Below are positions 9,857 to 17,907 of a stretch of 53,802 nt of DNA, piece after piece; position 1 is the stretch's first letter, and every line of letters starts with the position of its first letter. Position numbers and translations under genes: made by a program. The notes beneath the pieces are model-generated. The model worked only from the letters and a program-made list of their open reading frames with translations, was not told the origin of the DNA and did not search any database. Source of the stretch: a bacterium (GTDB taxonomy: Bacteria; Desulfobacterota; DSWW01); the NCBI GenBank assembly GCA_015486285.1, contig WFRX01000015.1, forward strand, positions 1-53,802, read 5' to 3'.

Positions 9857-9880
9857 AAAAAAAAGGGGCGCGTTCCGCGC
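9857..9880 (-). terminator. Possible weak intrinsic terminator after the Fn3 gene
   Basis: GCGCG-GAA-CGCGC hairpin, then CCC and T8 on the minus strand. Confidence 0.3.
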
Positions 9881-9983
9881 AGACCCGGGTGCGGCGAGGG
9901 TTTGCGCCGGGAGACTACGGGGGCGGCGGAGACGGAGGCCCAAGAAAATTGGAGACGGAACGCAGAGAAAGAGGGATCCCCAC

Positions 9984-10553
9984 TCAGGAAATACCGGAAG
10001 ATTCGGGCAGCTTCTTGCGAAGCCGCAGAATCCATGCAGGCACAAAAAGGCAGAAGAAGATCCACCCGGTCAGCGACGCACGGGCGTCGGCCCGGCCACC
10101 TTCGGAACCGGGGGCCGTCTGACATCCGCCGGAACTGGATTCAACCGTTGGCGCCCGAGACACTTCCGCGATCTTCTTCTCGTTCGAGTAGGCGCTTTCG
10201 TTTTCATCATAATCATAAGCGGTGACAGCGACCCAGTACGCAAGGTTTTCGTCAAGGCTGTTCAGGACATAATGAAGCTTGGCGTCCCGCTCTTCGTAGT
10301 CGCCGGGCCGTAGATCCTCGACATACATGTATCCGTCATACCCCTCGTCGTAGCGTGAGACCGGTCCGTAATACACCCTGTACCCCGCAACGTCCTGTTC
10401 CGGGGGCCGCGACCAGACCAGCGCCACGTCCCGTGTTCCGGAAGCGGCAAGGTAGCTCTGGACTTCCAGCGCCAGGCTTACCAGGAGAAAGGCAAAAATA
10501 AACACAGAGGCCTTCTTCAACAGACTCCAGAGACGCAGCGATTCGAGATTCAT
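9984..10553 (-). CDS. Secreted fibronectin type III domain protein with C-terminal SSSGGC-TM-basic sorting signal
   Basis: GGAGG upstream; signal peptide KKASVFIFAFLLVSLA; Fn3 motifs VALVW..DVAGYRVYYG and YWVAVTAYD..NESAYSNE; C-terminus SSSGGCQ..LTGWIFFCLFVPAWILRLRKK. Confidence 0.8.
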   Translation of the reverse strand: MNLESLRLWSLLKKASVFIFAFLLVSLALEVQSYLAASGTRDVALVWSRPPEQDVAGYRVYYGPVSRYDEGYDGYMYVEDLRPGDYEERDAKLHYVLNSLDENLAYWVAVTAYDYDENESAYSNEKKIAEVSRAPTVESSSGGCQTAPGSEGGRADARASLTGWIFFCLFVPAWILRLRKKLPESSGIS

Positions 10554-10641
10554 CCCTTCAGTTCCTCCCGCAGATCCTTTCCCGGCGTGTCGCTCCGGCC
10601 AATAAAGAATGCACACGTGTGTCTCGTGCATCCCTGGAACA

Positions 10642-10658
10642 AGCAAATATTCTGCCAA
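10642..10658 (-). promoter_or_regulatory. Sigma54 (-24/-12) promoter of the Fn3 gene
   Basis: TTGGCAGAATATTTGCT with exact GG-N10-GC spacing; matches YTGGCACGRNNNTTGCW at all but 2 positions. Confidence 0.75.
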
Positions 10659-10810
10659 ATCGGAAAGACAAGAGCACTATTTCCAGAAATCATATTCATC
10701 TGTAATTTTCACTGGTTATGATACATTTATGATCTATTACATTCACTTTGGGCCGACACGATGTGAATCCGAACCGTACACGCATGTTCAATCCTGTCGC
10801 ACCCCCGGGC

Positions 10811-12199
10811 CTATTTGTTTTTCACCCAGTTCGGGTTTCGAATCCCGAATTTTTGTATCTTGTAATGCATTACTCTTCGGGAAACCCCCAAGAACTCGGC
10901 CGCCTCCTTCTGCACCCAGTTGGCCCTTTCGAGGGCTTCGAGGATGAGCCTCTTCTCCATCTCGACCAAGGGGATGCCCCCTTCCGGCATACGGATCGCC
11001 TTGGCATCGTTCGAGTCCCCGGCTTCGTCCAATCCGTGCAGGGAGAGGTCCTCCGGACGGATCCACTCCTTCTCGCTGAGCAGAACGGACCTTTCCAGGC
11101 TGTTACGAAGTTCACGGATGTTCCCGGGCCACTCGTAATCTCTCAGGACCGCCTCCGCCTCCGGCGTGAAACCGACGATCTTCTTGCTCATTTCACCCGA
11201 AAAGCGGTGGAGGAAGTATTCTGCCAGCGGCAGGATATCCTCCCGGCGCTCCCGCAAGGGAGGAATCCACAAATTAACTACGTTCAATCTATAATAGAGA
11301 TCATCCCGAAACCGCTTCGCCGCAATTTCCTCCTTGAGGTCCTTGTTGGAGGCGCTGATGACACGAACGTCCACCTTGATCGTTTTGGTCCCCCCCACCC
11401 TCTCGAATTCCTGCTCCTGCAGCACCCGAAGAACCTTGGCCTGCGTGCTCGGACTCATATCCGCGATTTCGTCGAGGAAAATCGTCCCAAAGTTGGCCTG
11501 TTCGAATCTTCCGATTCGCTGTTTGTCCGCTCCGGTAAACGCCCCTTTCTCGTGGCCGAACAATTCGCTCTCCAGGAGGGTGTCCTGCAGGGCCGCACAA
11601 TTCACCTTGATGAAGGGCTTCTCCCTGCGTGCGCTGTTGTAGTGAACAGCCCCGGCAATCAATTCTTTTCCTGTTCCCGTTTCCCCGGCGATCAGGATCG
11701 AGGCGTTGCTGTACGCCACCTTTTTGACGACCGAGAGGACCTTCTTCAATGCCTGGCTGTCTCCGATGATATCGTCGAATCGATAGATGAGATCCTGCGT
11801 TCTTCGAAGATAGAAATTCGCCCCCACCAGACTCCTGTACTCCTGCAGGCGATCGAGAGCGATCTGCAGCTCCTTGTCCTCGAAGGGCGTCTTGATATAC
11901 CCGTCCGCCCCTTGCTCCATGGCTTCCAGCGCCAGGGAAACCTGTTCCGGGTGAACCAGACAGATCACAATCCCAAAGGAGTGGACCTTCTTCGCGTGTC
12001 GGACCAGATCCGTCGTCCGGCATCCCTCAGGCTTCACCTCCAGGATCAGGCCGTCGAAGATTTCCTGATCCAGGCATTGTCGGCATCCCGTCTCGTCGCC
12101 TACCCACTTCACGGTATGCCCTTCCTCCTCGAGGAACTTCTGAATCCGCTTGCCGAGGAGGCCCTCCGGGTGCATGAGTAAAATCTTCAGGTTAGCCAT
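10811..12199 (-). CDS. Sigma54 enhancer-binding protein with atypical (pseudo-)receiver domain (bEBP-C)
   Basis: GETGTGKE, ELFGHEKGAFTGA, FLDEI, RDDLYYRL, WPGNIREL and Fis-type HTH; start trimmed to MANLKILL. Confidence 0.92.
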   Translation of the reverse strand: MANLKILLMHPEGLLGKRIQKFLEEEGHTVKWVGDETGCRQCLDQEIFDGLILEVKPEGCRTTDLVRHAKKVHSFGIVICLVHPEQVSLALEAMEQGADGYIKTPFEDKELQIALDRLQEYRSLVGANFYLRRTQDLIYRFDDIIGDSQALKKVLSVVKKVAYSNASILIAGETGTGKELIAGAVHYNSARREKPFIKVNCAALQDTLLESELFGHEKGAFTGADKQRIGRFEQANFGTIFLDEIADMSPSTQAKVLRVLQEQEFERVGGTKTIKVDVRVISASNKDLKEEIAAKRFRDDLYYRLNVVNLWIPPLRERREDILPLAEYFLHRFSGEMSKKIVGFTPEAEAVLRDYEWPGNIRELRNSLERSVLLSEKEWIRPEDLSLHGLDEAGDSNDAKAIRMPEGGIPLVEMEKRLILEALERANWVQKEAAEFLGVSRRVMHYKIQKFGIRNPNWVKNK

Positions 12200-12292
12200 T
12201 CCGATTCGATTCCTCGATGCTGTTCGCTGTGGGTCCTGGAAGAATACGGAAGTATGGTTGAGCGCAGACACGCCGCGCCCTTTTCATGTTCT

Positions 12293-12320
12293 TTTTCGGA
12301 TCGAATCGGAGATTACTTGA
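12293..12320 (-). promoter_or_regulatory. Possible sigma28 (FliA/SigD)-like internal promoter for bEBP-C
   Basis: TCAA-N16-TCCGAAAA; same spacing as the site at 17160-17187. Confidence 0.3.
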
Positions 12321-12349
12321 GTAGAGGGGGGAGAAAGTCGGGAGGGAGT

Positions 12350-13810
12350 CTATCGTTCCAGGCCCGTCTCCTTGATCTTGTACAGCAGCGCCTTGTAACT
12401 GATCTGCAGCCGTTCAGCAGCCTCTTTACGATTCCAGCACGTCTGCTGCAGAACCTTTCCGATCACCTCGCGTTCGGCGCGCCGGATCGCCTCTTTGCTG
12501 AAGGCCTTCAGGGAATAGCGGTGCAGGTTCTGCCGGATGAGTTCGTCGAGACCGGGCTTCTCCCCATTCAACTCCGCCTCTGCTGCACTGCACTTTTTCA
12601 GCAGTTCCTGGCAAACAGCCTTGTCGCTGTCGAGAATGACGATCTTTTTCATACAGTTTTCAAGTTCCCGGACGTTGCCGGGCCAGTGATATCGCTGAAA
12701 GACATCCAGGAGCTCGTTCGAGAGGGGAGGCGCTTTCCGCTTGAACTCACGGGAGTATTTTTTTAAGAAATATTCGACCAGAACCGGTATCTCCTCCTTT
12801 CTTCCACGCAAGGGCGGGACACGAATGTTCACCACATTGAGGCGGTAATACAGGTCTTCGCGAAACTGCCCCTGAGCAACGCTCTCTGCAAGGTTCCGGT
12901 TGGTGGCGGCAAGGATTCGCACATCCACCCGAATGTCCTGTTTTCCGCCGAGGTGGGTGAATTCCTTGTCCTGCAACACTTGAAGGAGTTTCGCCTGAAG
13001 GGGGGGCATCATCTCGCTGATTTCGTCAAGAAAGATTGTACCCCCATCGGCGAGTTCGAATTTTCCCGGCTTGCGGCTTGACGCGTCGGTGAAGGCCCCT
13101 TTCTCATAACCGAACATCTCGCTCTCAAGCAACGGCTCGGGCAGCGCGGCGCAGTTCACCTTCAGAAACGGCTTGTCGCGCCGGGCGGAGAGCGTATAAA
13201 TGGCCCGGGCAACCAGTTCTTTGCCCGTACCGCTTTCTCCCTCCAGCAAGACCGTAATGTCCGTATCGGCCACCTGCTCTACGACGGCCTGGATTTCCCG
13301 CATTTTCCCGCTGTTCTGGAAAAGCCTGTTGCATTCCGCTTTGCGCTTGATTTCTTCCCTGAGAGACTTCGCTTGATCGATCAGATCCCGCCGATCCATC
13401 TGCTTTCCAATGGTGGCGAGCAGTTCCTCCTGATCAAAGGGCTTGTGCAGGAAACCCATGGCGCCCATCTTCATCGTGGTGACGACAGCCTTCGCAGGTC
13501 CGTCGCCGCTCATCATGACGATGTAGGCGTCTTCATCGATCTGCCTCATCTCCTCCAGCGTTTCGAGGCCGTCCTTGCCCGGAAGGTGCAGATCCAGGAA
13601 AACGATTGCGGGCCGGACCGTTCGAAGCATGCAAACGGCCTTCTCGCCGCTATCCGAACAAAAGACCTCATAGCCGAAGCGGGTCATGAGTTCACGCATG
13701 TAGACAAGCAGACTGCCGTCTCCATCGGCGATCAGAATCCGGTTGTTTTTCTCCCCCGGGATTCCGGAAAACTCCGTCTGCAGGCCCCGACTCGCTTTCA
13801 CCATTCGCAT
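12350..13810 (-). CDS. NtrC-family sigma54 response regulator, GAFTDA variant (bEBP-B)
   Basis: Receiver (VFLDLHLPG, MMSG, HKPF), GESGTGKE, EMFGYEKGAFTDA, FLDEI, HTH LQISYKALLYKIKE. Confidence 0.93.
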   Translation of the reverse strand: MRMVKASRGLQTEFSGIPGEKNNRILIADGDGSLLVYMRELMTRFGYEVFCSDSGEKAVCMLRTVRPAIVFLDLHLPGKDGLETLEEMRQIDEDAYIVMMSGDGPAKAVVTTMKMGAMGFLHKPFDQEELLATIGKQMDRRDLIDQAKSLREEIKRKAECNRLFQNSGKMREIQAVVEQVADTDITVLLEGESGTGKELVARAIYTLSARRDKPFLKVNCAALPEPLLESEMFGYEKGAFTDASSRKPGKFELADGGTIFLDEISEMMPPLQAKLLQVLQDKEFTHLGGKQDIRVDVRILAATNRNLAESVAQGQFREDLYYRLNVVNIRVPPLRGRKEEIPVLVEYFLKKYSREFKRKAPPLSNELLDVFQRYHWPGNVRELENCMKKIVILDSDKAVCQELLKKCSAAEAELNGEKPGLDELIRQNLHRYSLKAFSKEAIRRAEREVIGKVLQQTCWNRKEAAERLQISYKALLYKIKETGLER

Positions 13811-15186
13811 TCCTTGATCTTATACAATAGCGCCTTATAACTGATCTGAAGAATCTCCGCCGCCTTTCTCTTGTTGCCCCTTGTGTGTTGAAGCACCCTG
13901 GATATCAAGACGCCTTCGGCCAGCCGGGCGACCTTCTTATCGATCGCCTTCAGGGAAATCGGCTTTCCCTCCTCCACCAGATCGGAAAGGTTCAGATCGA
14001 GTTCCTGTTCAAGCGGAAGACTGGCCCCATCGGCCAGTTCCTTCATGATGATCTTTTCGTCCCCAAGGACCACATATCTCTTGATCATGTTTTCCAGCTC
14101 GCGGACATTTCCCGGCCAATCGTGACGCATGAAGGCGTCCATGAGCGCTTTGGATGGACCAACGACCTTTTTGTTGAACTGGCGACTGAACTTCTTCGTG
14201 AAAAGATCACAAAAAATCGGGATTTCTTCTTTCCGTTCCTTCAGGGGAGGTACATGGAGGCTGATCACGTTGAGCCGGTAATATAGATCCTCCCGGAAAG
14301 CCTGCTTTTCCACCATGGCTTCGAGGTCTTTGTTCGTGGCGACCAGCACCCGGACGTTGACCCGAAAATTCTTTTGTCCGCCCAACCGGGCGAACTCGCC
14401 ATCCTGAAGCACCTGGAGAAGCTTCGCCTGCGTGGCCATACTCATCTCGCCGATTTCGTCGAGGAAAATCGTTCCCTCCTCCGCGAGCTCGAATTTGCCG
14501 GGCTTCGATTTCGTCGCTCCCGTAAACGCCCCTTTCTCGTAACCGAAGAGTTCGCTTTCGAGCAGGGCGTGGGGAAGGGCGGCACAATTCACCTTCACGA
14601 AGGGGCGCTCCGCCCGCGGGGACGATCGGTGGATCCTCTTCGCCACCACCTCTTTTCCCACCCCGCTCTCCCCGTGAATGAGTACCGTCACATCCGTCGC
14701 GGCAACCTGACCGATAATCTCATCGATTTCCAGCATCTTCGGACTGTGAAAAACCGCCGTCTCCTGTTCCTCCCGATGCAGAAGGGCGCGCAGGTGCTTG
14801 ATCTCCTCCACAAGATCCGCTTTTTCAAAAACGTTTTTCAAGGCAAATTCAAGCTCTTCCGTCTCAAATGGCTTCACGAGATAATCGCTGGCCCCGAGCC
14901 GCATCGCCTCCACGATGGTCTGTGTCTGGTCCACCCCGGTGAGCATGATGACGGGCAGATCCGGCCGTATCTCCCTCACCCGCTTCAACACCTCGATGCC
15001 GCTCAACCCCTCCATGATGATGTCGAGAATAATCATCGAAGGGGCCAGGCCCCTTTCGAGGGCCTTGATCGCCTCCTCCCCGGAAGCAAAGGAGGTTACA
15101 CGGTGGCCGATCGCTTCGAGCAAAGTCGTCAGGTAGCTCCGAAAGCTCTTGTCATCGTCAATGACCACGAGGTGATTGCGGCTCAT
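13798..15186 (-). CDS. NtrC-family sigma54 response regulator, canonical (bEBP-A)
   Basis: Receiver VIDDD..IILD..MLTG..KPF, GESGVGKE, ELFGYEKGAFTGA, HTH LQISYKALLYKIKE; ATGA overlap with the kinase stop. Confidence 0.95.
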   Translation of the reverse strand: MSRNHLVVIDDDKSFRSYLTTLLEAIGHRVTSFASGEEAIKALERGLAPSMIILDIIMEGLSGIEVLKRVREIRPDLPVIMLTGVDQTQTIVEAMRLGASDYLVKPFETEELEFALKNVFEKADLVEEIKHLRALLHREEQETAVFHSPKMLEIDEIIGQVAATDVTVLIHGESGVGKEVVAKRIHRSSPRAERPFVKVNCAALPHALLESELFGYEKGAFTGATKSKPGKFELAEEGTIFLDEIGEMSMATQAKLLQVLQDGEFARLGGQKNFRVNVRVLVATNKDLEAMVEKQAFREDLYYRLNVISLHVPPLKERKEEIPIFCDLFTKKFSRQFNKKVVGPSKALMDAFMRHDWPGNVRELENMIKRYVVLGDEKIIMKELADGASLPLEQELDLNLSDLVEEGKPISLKAIDKKVARLAEGVLISRVLQHTRGNKRKAAEILQISYKALLYKIKECEW

Positions 15187-17102
15187 ATGGAAAGATTCCT
15201 CTCGCCCTTCTCTTCCACTCGGAACCTGGCGGGGAGCGTAAACCGGAAGATCGCGCCCTCCCCCTGATTTCCTTCCGCCCAGATGCGGCCGCCATGGGCC
15301 TCCACGATCCTCTTGGAGATCGCGAGCCCGAGCCCCACACCCTTCGGGTGACCGGAACCGGCTCCGCCGGACACAACCGGATGGTATCCCTTGAAGATCT
15401 TCTCCTGCATCGATCGCGACAGGCCGATACCCGTATCGGAGATGGAAATCTCGAGAACCCCGTCCCGGCCCTCCAGGCTCTCGTGCGCCGCCAGGGTAAT
15501 CATCCCGCCGGCGGGGGTGAATTTGATGGCATTGCTGATCAGGTTCACGAGCACCTGTTCGATCCGATCGGGGTCATGGAGGAGCAAAACCGGATCGCGA
15601 GGCAATTCGAGGACGAACTCGATTGCCTCACGATCCGTGATCAGCTTCATCTGCCGGAAGACGCGCTTGAGCAGGCCGAGCACATCGCTCTCCTGCTTAT
15701 GGAGTTCAAGCTTTCCGGAATCGACCTGGGTGAAATCGAGCATTTCGTTCACGATATTGAGGAGCCTCTCACAGCTCTGAATCGACTCCTCGAGAATGCG
15801 CTTCTGCTCCGCATTCAGCCTGCCCGGTCTCTCCTGGAGCAGGAAGCGGTTGTAGCCCCGGATGATGCTCAATGGCGTGCGAATCTCATGGGTCGCCACG
15901 GCCAGGAAGTGCGTCTTCGTCCTGTTGATTTCATCCAGTCGCTCGTTGGTCGCCAGCAACTCCTCGTTCCTTTTCAAAAGGTCGGCGCGCGCTTCCCGAA
16001 GACGTCTGTTGGCGGCCGTCAGTTCTACGGCCTGCCTCTGGAGGTGGTCCTCCATCTGTTTTTCTTTGGTCGCGTCCCGGAAAAAAACCAGCGTGCCCCC
16101 CCCCTCCCCAGGCATGGCATAGCGCTGGATGGAGAAGGTGCTCTCCCGCCCGTTCCGGGCCCGATAAGGAAAATGGTATCGGGTCAGGTCCCTTTCGCCG
16201 CCCGAATTCAACTTGCGCATTTTTCGAATCTGTTCGGTCCACTGCCGCGGCACGATGTCGCTGAATTGCAGGGACAGGAGCGTTTCTCTTTCGAGTTGCA
16301 GCAATTCGACCGCCCTGGGATTTGCCTCCAGAATGCGGTCCTCCCTGTCCAGCAGCAGAACCCCTACAGGCCCTTCCTGAAAAAGCGCTGCATGCACAAC
16401 CGCCGTCTTTGGCCCGCCGCTCGTCGAAGGGGATGGCGGCACGTACGTTCCGCCTGCAGGGGCGGTCTCAGGAATGCCCGCACGAACCATCCTCTGCAGC
16501 ACGCTGAGTACCATCCTCACCATCAACTGGCAGATCCGGACCTCCCGGATGGTGAAACCCTCCTCGGACCTTTGCTTCCGGACCAGCAGCACGGCGACAA
16601 CCCGCTCTCCCGACACCAGGGGAAGAACCATGATCGAGACATCCCTGATCCTGCTCAGCTGGTTCTCCTCGAGTGTATGCATCAGAGGATCCAGCGACGG
16701 ATTTTCCACGACCGTGATATGGCCTGTCTGCAGGGACCGCAGGATCTCCGGATAATCGTCCAGAGCAATCTCCACGCCTTCGAAATCGGGGTCCTCGTGG
16801 GATACGGCCACGGTTCCCGTCCCTGCATCGCGGTCGAGCAGGATCAATGAACAGTGGGACGCCTCCAGAACCTCCGGAATCTTTTTCACCAGGAGGTGCA
16901 AGGCCATCCGGGGGCTCAGGACGCTCGAAAGAGCGTGAATCCCCTTGAGAATATGAATCAGGTCCGTCTTTTCCAGGCTGTAAAGGATGCCTTCAAGTCC
17001 TTCCAACGAGTCCGTCGGATCCGGCGATTCCGCCGCGGCAACGCCGTTGCACCGGTCGCCCAAGGATTTGGCGAGGATTTTCTGAATCAACCCGTCGTCC
17101 AT
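15183..17102 (-). CDS. Cytoplasmic GAF-PAS sensor histidine kinase
   Basis: N-terminal GAF-like region, PAS (GVLLLDREDRILEANPRA), coiled coil, H-box ATHEIRTPL, N-box NLISNAIKFT, DTGIG and GVGLGL; no TM helix. Confidence 0.93.
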   Translation of the reverse strand: MDDGLIQKILAKSLGDRCNGVAAAESPDPTDSLEGLEGILYSLEKTDLIHILKGIHALSSVLSPRMALHLLVKKIPEVLEASHCSLILLDRDAGTGTVAVSHEDPDFEGVEIALDDYPEILRSLQTGHITVVENPSLDPLMHTLEENQLSRIRDVSIMVLPLVSGERVVAVLLVRKQRSEEGFTIREVRICQLMVRMVLSVLQRMVRAGIPETAPAGGTYVPPSPSTSGGPKTAVVHAALFQEGPVGVLLLDREDRILEANPRAVELLQLERETLLSLQFSDIVPRQWTEQIRKMRKLNSGGERDLTRYHFPYRARNGRESTFSIQRYAMPGEGGGTLVFFRDATKEKQMEDHLQRQAVELTAANRRLREARADLLKRNEELLATNERLDEINRTKTHFLAVATHEIRTPLSIIRGYNRFLLQERPGRLNAEQKRILEESIQSCERLLNIVNEMLDFTQVDSGKLELHKQESDVLGLLKRVFRQMKLITDREAIEFVLELPRDPVLLLHDPDRIEQVLVNLISNAIKFTPAGGMITLAAHESLEGRDGVLEISISDTGIGLSRSMQEKIFKGYHPVVSGGAGSGHPKGVGLGLAISKRIVEAHGGRIWAEGNQGEGAIFRFTLPARFRVEEKGERNLSI

Positions 17103-17159
17103 TGAAAAAGGCCGTCCTTTTTTCGTCGTTCACCCATTCCAAAAACTGGCCTGGTACAT

Positions 17160-17187
17160 GTATCGGCTCTACATGGGAAAAAATTTA
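17160..17187 (-). promoter_or_regulatory. Sigma28 (FliA/SigD)-like promoter of the kinase operon
   Basis: TAAA-N16-GCCGATAC, 57 nt upstream of the kinase ATG; consensus TAAA-N15/16-GCCGATAW. Confidence 0.5.
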
Positions 17188-17283
17188 CCATTTTTTTGAC
17201 CGAAAGAGAATGAAAAACCGCTTCTTGAGCGGCTCTGCCGCAGTGGGGGAGTAAATCGTTGGAGTCGGATGGGGGGGGGCTGC

Positions 17284-17787
17284 TTACATCTTGTACTTGC
17301 CGAAGGCGTCAGGCGAGAGGTTCTCGAGGACTTCCGTCCACTTGTCCCGGTCCTCCGGGGTGGCCATCTGTTCTTCCATCTTGGATGCATCCGCCTGTCT
17401 GGACCGATCGAGAACTTCCTCATGGACGTAGATCGGGGATTCGGTTCGCAGGGCAAGCGCAATGGCGTCGCTCGGGCGCGAATCCACGGCAAGCTTCCGG
17501 TTGCCGACCTTCAAGTGCAGGATGGCAAAATAGGTATTGTCCTTGAGATCGGTCACCTCGATTCTTTCCAGATTCACATCCAGCTCATGCAGGATGTTTC
17601 GCAGCAAATCATGGGTCATGGGTCTTGCCAGATCGATCTTTTCAAGCCGCGTCGCAATGGCGCTTGCCTCGGCAATGCCGATCCAGATGGGCAACACGTT
17701 GTCCCCGCCGCTGTCCTTCAGAATGACGATCGGCATCTTGGTCATCGGGTCCAGCGTAATCCCGGCGACTTGCATCTCAATGAACAT
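17284..17787 (-). CDS. Bifunctional nuclease family protein (DUF151)
   Basis: PIVILK..LPIWIGIAEA..RPMTHDL..DSRPSDAIALALR. Confidence 0.93.
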   Translation of the reverse strand: MFIEMQVAGITLDPMTKMPIVILKDSGGDNVLPIWIGIAEASAIATRLEKIDLARPMTHDLLRNILHELDVNLERIEVTDLKDNTYFAILHLKVGNRKLAVDSRPSDAIALALRTESPIYVHEEVLDRSRQADASKMEEQMATPEDRDKWTEVLENLSPDAFGKYKM

Positions 17788-17828
17788 GACCTTTCTCCAG
17801 ACCGTCGAGGATATCCAGATTCGCCCTC

Positions 17829-17859
17829 ATTATACGCCGCCCCGGTTATGCTTTGTCAA
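17829..17859 (-). promoter_or_regulatory. Sigma70 promoter with a 19-bp spacer upstream of the DUF151 gene
   Basis: Perfect TTGACA and TATAAT hexamers separated by 19 nt. Confidence 0.65.
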
Positions 17860-17907
17860 GAACCATCTGCCGGCCGCGGCGGCATCCTCGGGCGAAACTT
17901 GGCGCTT

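Noticed and set aside
10554-10658. Longer N-terminus for the Fn3 protein as given in the ORF track
   Set aside because: That TTG start lies inside the sigma54 promoter; the ATG at 10553 has an RBS and precedes the signal peptide.
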